Assembly (NCBI RefSeq): GCF_026008515.1
Contig: NZ_BQYM01000007.1
Coordinates: forward strand, 196,067-220,066
Reading direction: 5' to 3'
DNA length: 24,000 nucleotides
Source: Lolliginicoccus levis
GTDB lineage: Bacteria > Actinomycetota > Actinomycetes > Mycobacteriales > Mycobacteriaceae
Shown: piece after piece, positions 8,793 to 16,065 of the stretch
How the letters are laid out: every line of letters starts with the position of its first letter
How positions within the stretch are numbered: position 1 is the first letter of the stretch
Notes under the pieces: model-generated
The model's database searches: none
Told to the model about the DNA's origin: nothing
The model's input: only the letters and a program-made list of their open reading frames with translations
Program-made: the position numbers and the translations under genes

Positions 8793-9385
8793 CAAAGCGC
8801 AACACATTCGTGGGCGAGACTGTTGACGATTCCCGTTCCGTGGCAATGGTCACGGGCATTACGGTAAGAGGTATGGAGATGCAGACATCGCCGCAGGGGC
8901 GGGCGCTCGTGGTCATTGTCGATGACGGGCACACATCGGGTGAACCGCCTGAATCTATTGGCCCGCTAGTGCGGGAGCTGCTCACCGAGAGCGGTTTCCA
9001 CGTCGACGCGATCGTCGCGGTGCAGCCAGATGAGGTGCAGATTCGCAATGCACTGAATACCGCAGTGATCGGCGGGATCGACCTGGTCATCTCGATCGGT
9101 GGCACGGGCAGCACGGCGCGGGATGTCACTCCCGAGGCCACCGCAGGCGTCCTGGACCGGGAGATACCAGGCATCGCCGAGGCATTGCGGGCATCGGGGC
9201 GAGCGGACAGCGTCCAGGACGCGGCCCTGTCGCGAGGGCGTGCCGGGGTCTCGGGCAGCACCGTGGTGGTGAACTTCGCGTCCTCGCGAGCGGCGGTGCG
9301 CGATTCCATGGCGACTATCGGACCGCTGGTGTCGCACGTGCTTGCCGAGCAATCGGATTTCGACGGCGAGGTCGTGTACCGGTGA
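8789..9385 (+). CDS. moaB: MoaB/MogA-family molybdenum cofactor biosynthesis protein
   Basis: The motifs ...ALVVIVDD...DLVISIGGTGSTARDVTPEAT... fit the MoaB/Mog fold (GGTGxxxRDxTPEA). The ATGA overlap with the pepD stop is noted. The true start may be the downstream ATG near 8873-8879. Confidence 0.8.
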   Translation: MTKRNTFVGETVDDSRSVAMVTGITVRGMEMQTSPQGRALVVIVDDGHTSGEPPESIGPLVRELLTESGFHVDAIVAVQPDEVQIRNALNTAVIGGIDLVISIGGTGSTARDVTPEATAGVLDREIPGIAEALRASGRADSVQDAALSRGRAGVSGSTVVVNFASSRAAVRDSMATIGPLVSHVLAEQSDFDGEVVYR

Positions 9386-9549
9386 GCATTCCCGAGGATC
9401 CGCGCGAGCGTGCCCGGCAGCGGGCGAGGCTCGATGCGGTGTTCGGGGATGTCCTGCCGGAGGAGCGACCCTCGACCGGCGCACGCTCCGGGGCAGAGGA
9501 CTCCCAGCTCGAGCAGTGGTTGCGGGAGAACAAGCCACCGCATCACTGA
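9382..9549 (+). CDS. Small conserved-looking hypothetical protein (55 aa), not in the ORF track
   Basis: The GTG at 9382 overlaps the moaB TGA (GTGA). Hand translation gives VSIPEDPRERARQRARLDAVFGDVLPEERPSTGARSGAEDSQLEQWLRENKPPHH. About 82% of third codon positions are G/C, like neighbouring genes, and a strong hairpin follows 20 nt later. Confidence 0.45.
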   Translation: MSIPEDPRERARQRARLDAVFGDVLPEERPSTGARSGAEDSQLEQWLRENKPPHH

Positions 9550-9569
9550 GCTGGTAAAGGCCCACGCAA

Positions 9570-9609
9570 ACAGGTCCCGCCCTCGATGACCTCGAAGGGC
9601 GGGACCTGT
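9570..9609. terminator. Bidirectional hairpin between the convergent small ORF and mscL
   Basis: ACAGGTCCCGCCCT (9570-9583) pairs perfectly with AGGGCGGGACCTGT (9596-9609), giving a 14-bp stem with a 12-nt loop. Confidence 0.6.
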
Positions 9610-9627
9610 GCCGCATGCGGGGTGGGA

Positions 9628-10047
9628 TCAGGAGCGCGGAGTCTGGTCCTGCGAGGTCTGGGCCTGCAGGAGGTCGCGGATCTCGCTGAGCAGCTGGATA
9701 TCGGTGATACCAGCTTCCTCGTCCGCGACCTGCTCCTTGATGAGCCGCTTCTTGGCGTGCGTGAACGGCACGATCAGCACGAAGTAGACCACTGCTGCAA
9801 GGATCACGAAGTTGATGACCGACGTGATCACCGAACCCACGTCGATGAACGTGGCATCGATCCCGGGGCGGATGAAGAACCCGAGACCATTGACATCCGT
9901 GTCCGCGCCAACGGCAGCGATGAGTGGATTGATGATGTTCTCGGTGAACGCCGTGACGATAGCGGTGAACGCGGTACCGATGACGACCGCGACAGCGAGG
10001 TCAAGCACGTTGCCCCGCATCAGGAAATCGCGGAAACCTTTAAGCAT
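9628..10047 (-). CDS. mscL: Large-conductance mechanosensitive channel MscL
   Basis: The internal ATG at 10047 gives the 139-aa product MLKGFRDFLMRGNVLDLAVAVVIGTAFTAIVTAFTENIINPLIAAV..., the canonical MscL N-terminus and TM1. Confidence 0.92.
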   Translation of the reverse strand: MLKGFRDFLMRGNVLDLAVAVVIGTAFTAIVTAFTENIINPLIAAVGADTDVNGLGFFIRPGIDATFIDVGSVITSVINFVILAAVVYFVLIVPFTHAKKRLIKEQVADEEAGITDIQLLSEIRDLLQAQTSQDQTPRS

Positions 10048-10146
10048 GGGGACTCCAGGTGTGTGCAGTGGATGGCCAGAAATTACTCGGCTGGAATGGA
10101 TACTAGCGCCACGGCGCCCGCCATGATCCGCCAACGCGGCGCTGGC

Positions 10147-10842
10147 TCACCGAAGCGTCACCGTCACGATTCCCTGCGCGGCATGAGCGGCCACGGCTAC
10201 AGCCTCGGCGGGGCCGAGCGCGAGCACCGCGAGCGCCCCGCTCGTCTCGCCAGCGGTGCTGGTGAACAGGACCGCGACATCCTTGGCGAGCACGCTCGCG
10301 GGCAGCTCCGAACCTGGTGGCACGGCAACGACATCGACCCGGTCGCCCGGCTGCAGGAGGCTGGTGACGGCAGGGTCGGAGAGCCTGACGGGGACCGCGC
10401 GCGCACCGGACGCGTGGCTGGTCTCGTCGACGATCCTCGGTGTCAGCAGCCGCGCGTCGGTGATGATCTCGCCCGCGCGGATCGGCGTAGCGGCGCGTGA
10501 TCCGATGGCCTGGTCCTTCGTTATGAGCGCGGAAGGCGCCAGGCTTGTCGCTTCCACGGCATGCACGGCCACGTTGGCGGTGGTGAATTCCTCGCCAGCA
10601 GCAATGGCGCGGAGGGCGATCGTCGCCTTGGTGTGATCGGGCCCGCGCTGGAGAAACATGAGGAGCGCGAGCGCGAGCAGCAAGAGAGCGATGGCCTGGC
10701 GGGCGCGGTGCAGCTGGTGGGGCGCGATGGCGCAGCGGCTAGTGATCTTGTCGAGCAGGCTGGGGGAGAGGTCGTCGATCCTGTCAGGGGACCGCGGGCG
10801 CTGCCTGCGGGGCTGCGCGGGCGCATGATCTACCGGGGGCAC
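10147..10842 (-). CDS. SAF-domain membrane-anchored protein (position equivalent to M. tuberculosis Rv0990c)
   Basis: 231 aa. It has a basic N-terminus and one TM segment (AIALLLLALALLMFL), then a SAF-like segment (ALRAIAAGEEFTTANVAV...) and a beta-rich C-terminus. It lies downstream of the ruc-like gene on the same strand. Confidence 0.55.
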   Translation of the reverse strand: MPPVDHAPAQPRRQRPRSPDRIDDLSPSLLDKITSRCAIAPHQLHRARQAIALLLLALALLMFLQRGPDHTKATIALRAIAAGEEFTTANVAVHAVEATSLAPSALITKDQAIGSRAATPIRAGEIITDARLLTPRIVDETSHASGARAVPVRLSDPAVTSLLQPGDRVDVVAVPPGSELPASVLAKDVAVLFTSTAGETSGALAVLALGPAEAVAVAAHAAQGIVTVTLR

Positions 10843-11028
10843 GCGATCTCCTGGGGCTGCGGGCTGGCATGGCGTTCCCCGAGCGAGATGCTGGGCATGC
10901 TGCGCGAGGTTGATCGCAGTCTAGGGAGCGTGACAGGCCTGCTGGACCCATGCGCGCGGGGTTGTGGACAACCCGGGGTTCATCCACAGGATCGCTGCGG
11001 GAGAGCCGCGGCCGGGCAGGTGATCGTG

Positions 11029-11301
11029 CTAGGAGCCGGAGCTACCCTCTGTGCTGCTGCTCTTCGTGGAACTCGTCGACGAGCTGCTATTCGAGGAAGC
11101 GGATGCGTTTGCCGAGCTCGCGGAGCTGCGGCTATCGGTGCGGTAGAAGCCGCTGCCCTTGAACACGATGCCCACTGAGTTGAACAGCTTGCGGAGCTTG
11201 CCATCGCAGCGGTCGCACTCGGTCAGCGCGTCATCGGTGAACGACTGGACGATGTCGAACTGGTGATCGCACGCTGTGCAGGCGTAGGAGTAGGTGGGCA
11301 T
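11029..11301 (-). CDS. FmdB-family zinc-ribbon protein with a Ser-rich disordered tail (Ruc/Rv0991c-like)
   Basis: MPTYSYACTACDHQFDIVQSFTDDALTECDRCDGKLRKLFNSVGIVFKGSGFY is the CxxC...CxxC FmdB ribbon. The C-terminal 35 aa are almost entirely Ser/Thr/Ala. A CIRCE element lies immediately upstream. Confidence 0.8.
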   Translation of the reverse strand: MPTYSYACTACDHQFDIVQSFTDDALTECDRCDGKLRKLFNSVGIVFKGSGFYRTDSRSSASSANASASSNSSSSTSSTKSSSTEGSSGS

Positions 11302-11331
11302 CGGGGACCTCCATGAGGACAGGATCAGCTG

Positions 11332-11358
11332 TTAGCACTCTATCGCGCGGAGTGCTAG
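11332..11358 (-). promoter_or_regulatory. CIRCE element (HrcA operator) upstream of the ruc-like gene
   Basis: TTAGCACTC-tatcgcgcg-GAGTGCTAG matches the consensus TTAGCACTC-N9-GAGTGCTAA at 17/18 positions with the exact 9-nt spacer. It lies 31-57 nt upstream of the ATG at 11301. Confidence 0.85.
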
Positions 11359-11392
11359 GAGTGGTAGTGGGCCGCGCTAGCCGTTGCGGCGA

Positions 11393-12052
11393 TCACCTTC
11401 CTCCAGTGCCCTCAACGCCCACGGGCAGCCGTATATGCCCGCCCCCGGGCGTGATCACTCCATCCATGCGCACATCGTGCGGATCGGCGGGCAAGCTCGC
11501 CACCAGCTCCTTGTCGCGAACCACTGCTACCAGCGGTGGCCGCCGCGCGAGCGCCCCCAGCGCTCGGTCGTAGAATCCAGAGCCCCGGCCCAGCCGCGTG
11601 CCCATGCGATCGACCGCTAGCGCTGGAACCAGGACCACGCCGCACTCCTGCACCGCGCGCGGCCCGAGCAATGGGCCGTCGGGCTCCAGGATCCCGTACC
11701 GCGCTTCCCGGAATCCCGCCGCGCCGCTGAACCGGGACCAATCGAGAGCCTTGCCCGGCCGCATCACCGGCAGGATCACCTCGAACCCGGCCCCGGCCAG
11801 GGCCTCGAGAATCAGGACCGAGCCCGGCTCCGTTCCCGAGGGGGCATACGCGGCGATCTCGCTTCCCGGAGCAAGAGACCGGGCCACCGCTACGGCGTGC
11901 ACCGCGAGTTGATCCGCCTCGTTGGCATGCACGGACCGGGGCAGGGTTGCGCGCTCGTGAACGAAAAACGTACGCCACGCGGACTTGCCGTGTTGCTTGC
12001 GCGGATCAGGGCGGAACCCCGGATGATCGGTGTTAGTAGCATCACCAAGCAT
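11393..12052 (-). CDS. 5-formyltetrahydrofolate cyclo-ligase
   Basis: 219 aa. ...EIAAYAPSGTEPGS...VILPVM...YGILEPDGP...VVLVPALAVDRMGTRLGRGSGFYDRAL matches MTHFS-family motifs (G-x-G-x-G-[FY]YDR). Confidence 0.8.
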   Translation of the reverse strand: MLGDATNTDHPGFRPDPRKQHGKSAWRTFFVHERATLPRSVHANEADQLAVHAVAVARSLAPGSEIAAYAPSGTEPGSVLILEALAGAGFEVILPVMRPGKALDWSRFSGAAGFREARYGILEPDGPLLGPRAVQECGVVLVPALAVDRMGTRLGRGSGFYDRALGALARRPPLVAVVRDKELVASLPADPHDVRMDGVITPGGGHIRLPVGVEGTGGR

Positions 12053-12213
12053 GGATAACCTCGGTATTCATCTCGCACACTTCTAGCGGGCCGGCGTTTT
12101 CCCATGCGCGGCATCTCTGCCAGTTCCACAATAGGCATGACGACAGGCACGTGACGACATGGCAGTGTGCAGCACGAACAGGCTTATACGCGAGCAGAAC
12201 AATGAGGTGGAAG

Positions 12214-13185
12214 ATGAGTGACGTCGGTGCGGGTCCCGCGAAGCCGTTTCGCACAGCGATCGTTCCCGCGGCGGGGCTCGGGACGCGCTTCCTGCCCGTG
12301 ACCAAGACGGTTCCCAAGGAACTCCTTCCGCTCGTGGACACGCCTGCGATCGAGATCGTGGCGAGCGAGGCTGCCGAGGCCGGCGCGGAGCGACTCGTCA
12401 TCATCACCTCCGAGGGCAAGCAGGGCGTGATGGCCCACTTCATCAAGCACGACGTGCTCGAGGGCACCCTCGAGGCCCGGGGCAAGCACGCGCTGCTCGA
12501 CAAGGTCCGCCGGGCCCCCGCACTGCTCGATGTGCAAGCCGTCGTCCAGGAGAAGCCCCTCGGCCTCGGTCACGCCATCGCCTGCGCCGAGGCTGTCCTC
12601 GACGACGACGAGGATGACATCGCCATCCTCCTGCCCGATGATCTCGTGCTGCCCACCGGCGTGCTCAGCAAGATGGCCGCGGTGCGCGCCCGGCATGGTG
12701 GCAGCGTCATCTGCGCCATCGAGGTCGAGGCCAAGGAAGTCAGCTCCTATGGCATCTTCGACGTCGTTCCCACCGGCAACGACGACGAGGCCGACACCGT
12801 CCTCAAGGTCACCGCGATGGTCGAGAAGCCCGCCCGCGAGGACGCGCCCTCGAACCTCGCCGCGGCGGGCCGCTACGTGCTCGACCGGGCCATCTTCGAC
12901 GCGCTGCGCCGCATCAACCCTGGGGCGGGGGGCGAGCTGCAGCTGACCGACGCCATCGAGATGCTCATCGAGGAAGGGCACCCCGTGCACGTGTATGTTC
13001 ACACGGGAAGCCGACACGATCTCGGAAATCCCGGCGGCTTCATCAAGGCTGCGGTTGACTTTGCTCTCGACGACGAAGAGTATGGTCCGCCGTTGACGCA
13101 ATGGCTGACCGAGAGGCTTGGCCTCCCCTCCCTGCCGGGCCTCGTTCCCACTTCGGACGAGGACCCAGGCCCGGAAGGGGACTGA
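12214..13185 (+). CDS. galU: UTP--glucose-1-phosphate uridylyltransferase
   Basis: The ATG at 12214 is preceded by GAGGTGGAAG. AIVPAAGLGTRFLPVTKTVPKELLPLVDTPAIE is the GalU signature, and ...VEKPAREDAPSNLAAAGRYVL follows. Confidence 0.9.
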   Translation: MSDVGAGPAKPFRTAIVPAAGLGTRFLPVTKTVPKELLPLVDTPAIEIVASEAAEAGAERLVIITSEGKQGVMAHFIKHDVLEGTLEARGKHALLDKVRRAPALLDVQAVVQEKPLGLGHAIACAEAVLDDDEDDIAILLPDDLVLPTGVLSKMAAVRARHGGSVICAIEVEAKEVSSYGIFDVVPTGNDDEADTVLKVTAMVEKPAREDAPSNLAAAGRYVLDRAIFDALRRINPGAGGELQLTDAIEMLIEEGHPVHVYVHTGSRHDLGNPGGFIKAAVDFALDDEEYGPPLTQWLTERLGLPSLPGLVPTSDEDPGPEGD

Positions 13186-13202
13186 CCGGAAGGAAGGGGT
13201 CC

Positions 13203-14453
13203 ATGCGCACGGTCGAGGAGCAGCACGCTCGTATCGCGGAGGCGGCCGTGGAGCTGGAGCCACAGCGAGTCAGCATCGCCGACGCGCGCGGGCTCGTGTG
13301 CGCGGAGGAAGTGACAGCCCGCAGGCCCCTGCCTGGGTTCGATCAATCCGCCGTCGACGGCTACGCGGTACGCAGCATCGACATCGCCGAAGCTGGCCCG
13401 GACCACAAGGGACAGTTCGGCCAGCCAGCGGATCTCGCGCTGCCCGTGGTCGGCGAGATCCGGGCCGGAGCCAGGCAGATCCCGCGGCTCCAGCCCCAGC
13501 AGGCGGTCCGGGTCGAGGCCGGGGCGCCACTGCCCGCGCTCGCTGACGCCGTCGTGCCGCTCGACGGCACCGATGGCGACCGCACGAAGGTCGCGATCTA
13601 TAGCCCCATCAAGCCAGGCACCAACATCCGGGAAGCCGGTGATGACGTGCGCGTGGGCGATGTGGCGGTCACCGAGGGCACCTTGATCTCTGCCGCGCAT
13701 GTGGCGCTGCTCGCCTCCGTCGGGCGCACCGACGTCCTCGTCAGGTCCCGGCCCCGCATTACCATCATCGCGGTGGGCCCAGAGCTGGTGGACATCGCGT
13801 TCACCCCGGACACGGGCCAGGTGTACGACGTCAACAGCTACGCGCTCGCCGCCGCCGCCACCGAGGCCGGTGCCATCGCCAACCGTGTCGGCATCATTGA
13901 TCCCTACGCGGACGCGGTGCGCTCAGCCATCGCCGAGCACCTGCCGCAATCAGACATACTCGTCATCACCGGGGGAGTGGGCGGCCGAGCCTCCGACACC
14001 GTGCAGGAGGCGCTCCTCGATTTCGGCAATATCGAGATCAGCCGCGTAGCGATGCACCCCGGCGGCGTCCAGGGCTTCGGGATGCTCGGCGACCGCAAGG
14101 TGCCCACCTTCCTGCTGTCCGAGCTGCCCACCAGCGTGCTCGTCGTCTTCGAGATCATGGTGCGGCCCCTCGTGCGCGGCATGCTTGGCCGCCCCGACCC
14201 CTACCGCCGCCGCGTGAAGGCGCGCACGGTCAATGACTTCACGTCCGAGCCTGGCGTGATCGGCTACGTGCGCGGCAACCTCATGCGGGATAGCGGCGGC
14301 AAGTACCACGTGCGCGCCCTCGGCGCGGTCGACGGCGCGAACCGGCTCGTGCACCTAGCGGACGCGAACTGCCTCATCGAGCTCGACCCGGGCACCACTC
14401 ACGTCGGGGCGGGGGAGATCGTGCACGTGGCGTTCCTGGCGCAGCGCGGGTGA
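13203..14453 (+). CDS. glp: MoeA-fold molybdopterin molybdenumtransferase / gephyrin-like protein Glp
   Basis: The ATG at 13203 follows GGAAGGAAGGGG. The motifs LPGFDQSAVDGYAV, the central MoaB-like domain (...ILVITGGVGGRASDTV...) and the C-terminal beta domain fit MoeA. The galU-moeA-GNAT-sepX/glpR order is the conserved Glp/GlpR locus. Confidence 0.8.
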   Translation: MRTVEEQHARIAEAAVELEPQRVSIADARGLVCAEEVTARRPLPGFDQSAVDGYAVRSIDIAEAGPDHKGQFGQPADLALPVVGEIRAGARQIPRLQPQQAVRVEAGAPLPALADAVVPLDGTDGDRTKVAIYSPIKPGTNIREAGDDVRVGDVAVTEGTLISAAHVALLASVGRTDVLVRSRPRITIIAVGPELVDIAFTPDTGQVYDVNSYALAAAATEAGAIANRVGIIDPYADAVRSAIAEHLPQSDILVITGGVGGRASDTVQEALLDFGNIEISRVAMHPGGVQGFGMLGDRKVPTFLLSELPTSVLVVFEIMVRPLVRGMLGRPDPYRRRVKARTVNDFTSEPGVIGYVRGNLMRDSGGKYHVRALGAVDGANRLVHLADANCLIELDPGTTHVGAGEIVHVAFLAQRG

Positions 14454-15079
14454 CGCAACCGGGCTGGCCGGCTGTTGTCGGCCCCATCACCACGGCCGCG
14501 GGCACGATCCTCCTGCGGCCTGTTCGGCTCCGGGACGCATCGCACTGGAGCCGGCATCGCCTCGACGACGAGAACTATCTCCGGCCGTGGGAACCTACCG
14601 GCGAGGGCGGCTGGATCCCGCGCCACCGGGCAGGCAACTGGCCCGCGGTCTGCATGACCCTGCGGGCGGCCGCGCGCAAGGGCACGATGATGCCGTTCGC
14701 CATCGAGGTCAACGGCGAGTTCGCTGGCCAGCTCACCGTTGGCAATATCGTTCGGGGGCCGTTGAGCTCGGCCTGGATCGGCTACTGGGTCGCGCGCTCG
14801 ATGGCGGGGCAGGGCATCGCTACCGCCGCGCTCGCGCTCGGCGTGGACCACAGCTTCACAGCCAGCCACCTGCATCGCCTCGAGGCGACGGTGCGGCCCG
14901 AGAACCATGCCAGCCGCACCGTCCTGCGCAACGTGGGCTTCCGGGAGGAAGGACTGCTGCGCCGGTACCTGCACGTCGATGGTGACTGGCGGGACCACAC
15001 CCTCGTGGCGCTTCTCGCCGATGAACTGCCCGACAGTGCTGCCTCGCGCATCGTCCGCATGGGCAAGGCATCATGGTGA
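14450..15079 (+). CDS. GNAT-family N-acetyltransferase (RimJ-like)
   Basis: 209 aa with a GTGA overlap with the upstream stop. It has the acetyl-CoA motif (RSMAGQGIATAAL) and ...RPENHASRTVLRNVGFREEG. Its position equals Rv0995 rimJ. Confidence 0.75.
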   Translation: MTQPGWPAVVGPITTAAGTILLRPVRLRDASHWSRHRLDDENYLRPWEPTGEGGWIPRHRAGNWPAVCMTLRAAARKGTMMPFAIEVNGEFAGQLTVGNIVRGPLSSAWIGYWVARSMAGQGIATAALALGVDHSFTASHLHRLEATVRPENHASRTVLRNVGFREEGLLRRYLHVDGDWRDHTLVALLADELPDSAASRIVRMGKASW

Positions 15080-15207
15080 ACTCTTAGAATCCCCGCTCGG
15101 CGCGTCGCGCGTTACCCAACGGTGATCCCACCTAGCCTGTCCTCGAGGCGTCAAGCACTGTTGACGCGAACGTCCTGAGCTTGGCAGCAAGAAGGGAGCC
15201 CGTGCTC

Positions 15208-15933
15208 ATGCCGAATTCGTTCCTCTGGTTGGGACTCGTGGCACTCTCGCTGTTCGTGCTCGTTCCCATGATGGTGAACACGCGCGAACCTGTCTTCCGG
15301 GCGGGCGACCGTGCCTTCGCCACCAGGGTCCTGCATTATGGCGGGGCACGACCACGCACCGAAAGTGCTGCCGCGGCCGCGCCCATCACGAGTGGCGCCA
15401 TGCAGGCACACATCGAGCTGAACACCAATCCCGGGGAGGATCGGATGGCAATGCGCGATACGAGCAGTCACGGCGGGGCAGCGGCCGGGCCGTCCGAGGA
15501 GGAGCTAGCGCGCCGTCGCGGCCGCGGCGGCTTCGACCCGGAGGCCGATGCGCTAGCGAGCGCCGCGCGGTACCGGTTGCGCCAGCGCATCGTCGTTGGG
15601 CTGGCCGCGACTGTGGTGCTGTCCGCCGTTATCGCCCTCATCGTTGTGTCGGCGGCCTGGTACTTGACTATCGCCAGCATCATCGCCCTCGGCGGCTACC
15701 TGATGTACCTGCGCACCCAGGTTCGCATCGAGCAGGATATCCGCGAGCGCCGCATGGCCCGACTGCGTGGCGAGCGTTCCCTGCGTGACCCGCGCGCTGC
15801 CGGGGGCGATCCCAATGGCCTGGACCCCCGCGACGCCGAGTATGTCGCCTTCGACGACGAGGACCCCGAGTTCGATCCCGTCGGGGACTATGACGAGCCC
15901 GGCTACCAGTACCACCCCGGCCAGGCGCGCTAG
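15208..15933 (+). CDS. sepX: Divisome membrane protein SepX/GlpR (Glp receptor)-like
   Basis: The ATG at 15208 follows GAAGGGAG. There is an N-terminal TM segment (FLWLGLVALSLFVLVPMMV) followed by ...REPVFRAGDRAFATRVL, and a second TM pair (VVGLAATVVLSAVIALIVVSAAWYLTIASIIALGGYLMYL). The tail is acidic. Position and topology match the Rv0996/GlpR family. Confidence 0.6.
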   Translation: MPNSFLWLGLVALSLFVLVPMMVNTREPVFRAGDRAFATRVLHYGGARPRTESAAAAAPITSGAMQAHIELNTNPGEDRMAMRDTSSHGGAAAGPSEEELARRRGRGGFDPEADALASAARYRLRQRIVVGLAATVVLSAVIALIVVSAAWYLTIASIIALGGYLMYLRTQVRIEQDIRERRMARLRGERSLRDPRAAGGDPNGLDPRDAEYVAFDDEDPEFDPVGDYDEPGYQYHPGQAR

Positions 15934-16065
15934 CCTGCACTTGCCCCTGGCACGGTTGTGATCCAGGCCAATGTTTCTCCAGCAGCGTGATGCGACACAC
16001 AAGCATTACGGGCCGGTCACCGTTCAGCGATATGCCGGAAACACGGCACGCGAACACTGGAGTGC

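Noticed and set aside
10961-10990. The DnaA-box pair as a replication origin.
   Set aside because: There are only two boxes and no AT-rich unwinding element. There is no dnaA/dnaN/rpmH context, and the site lies inside a conserved heat-shock gene pair. It is kept only as a low-interest candidate regulatory site or hairpin.
15148-15167. GCGTCAA-gcactg-TTGACGC hairpin after the GNAT gene, as a terminator or as a -35 (TTGACG) for sepX/glpR.
   Set aside because: The stem is only 7 bp with no U-tract, and no convincing -10 hexamer lies at the right spacing. It is too weak to call either way.
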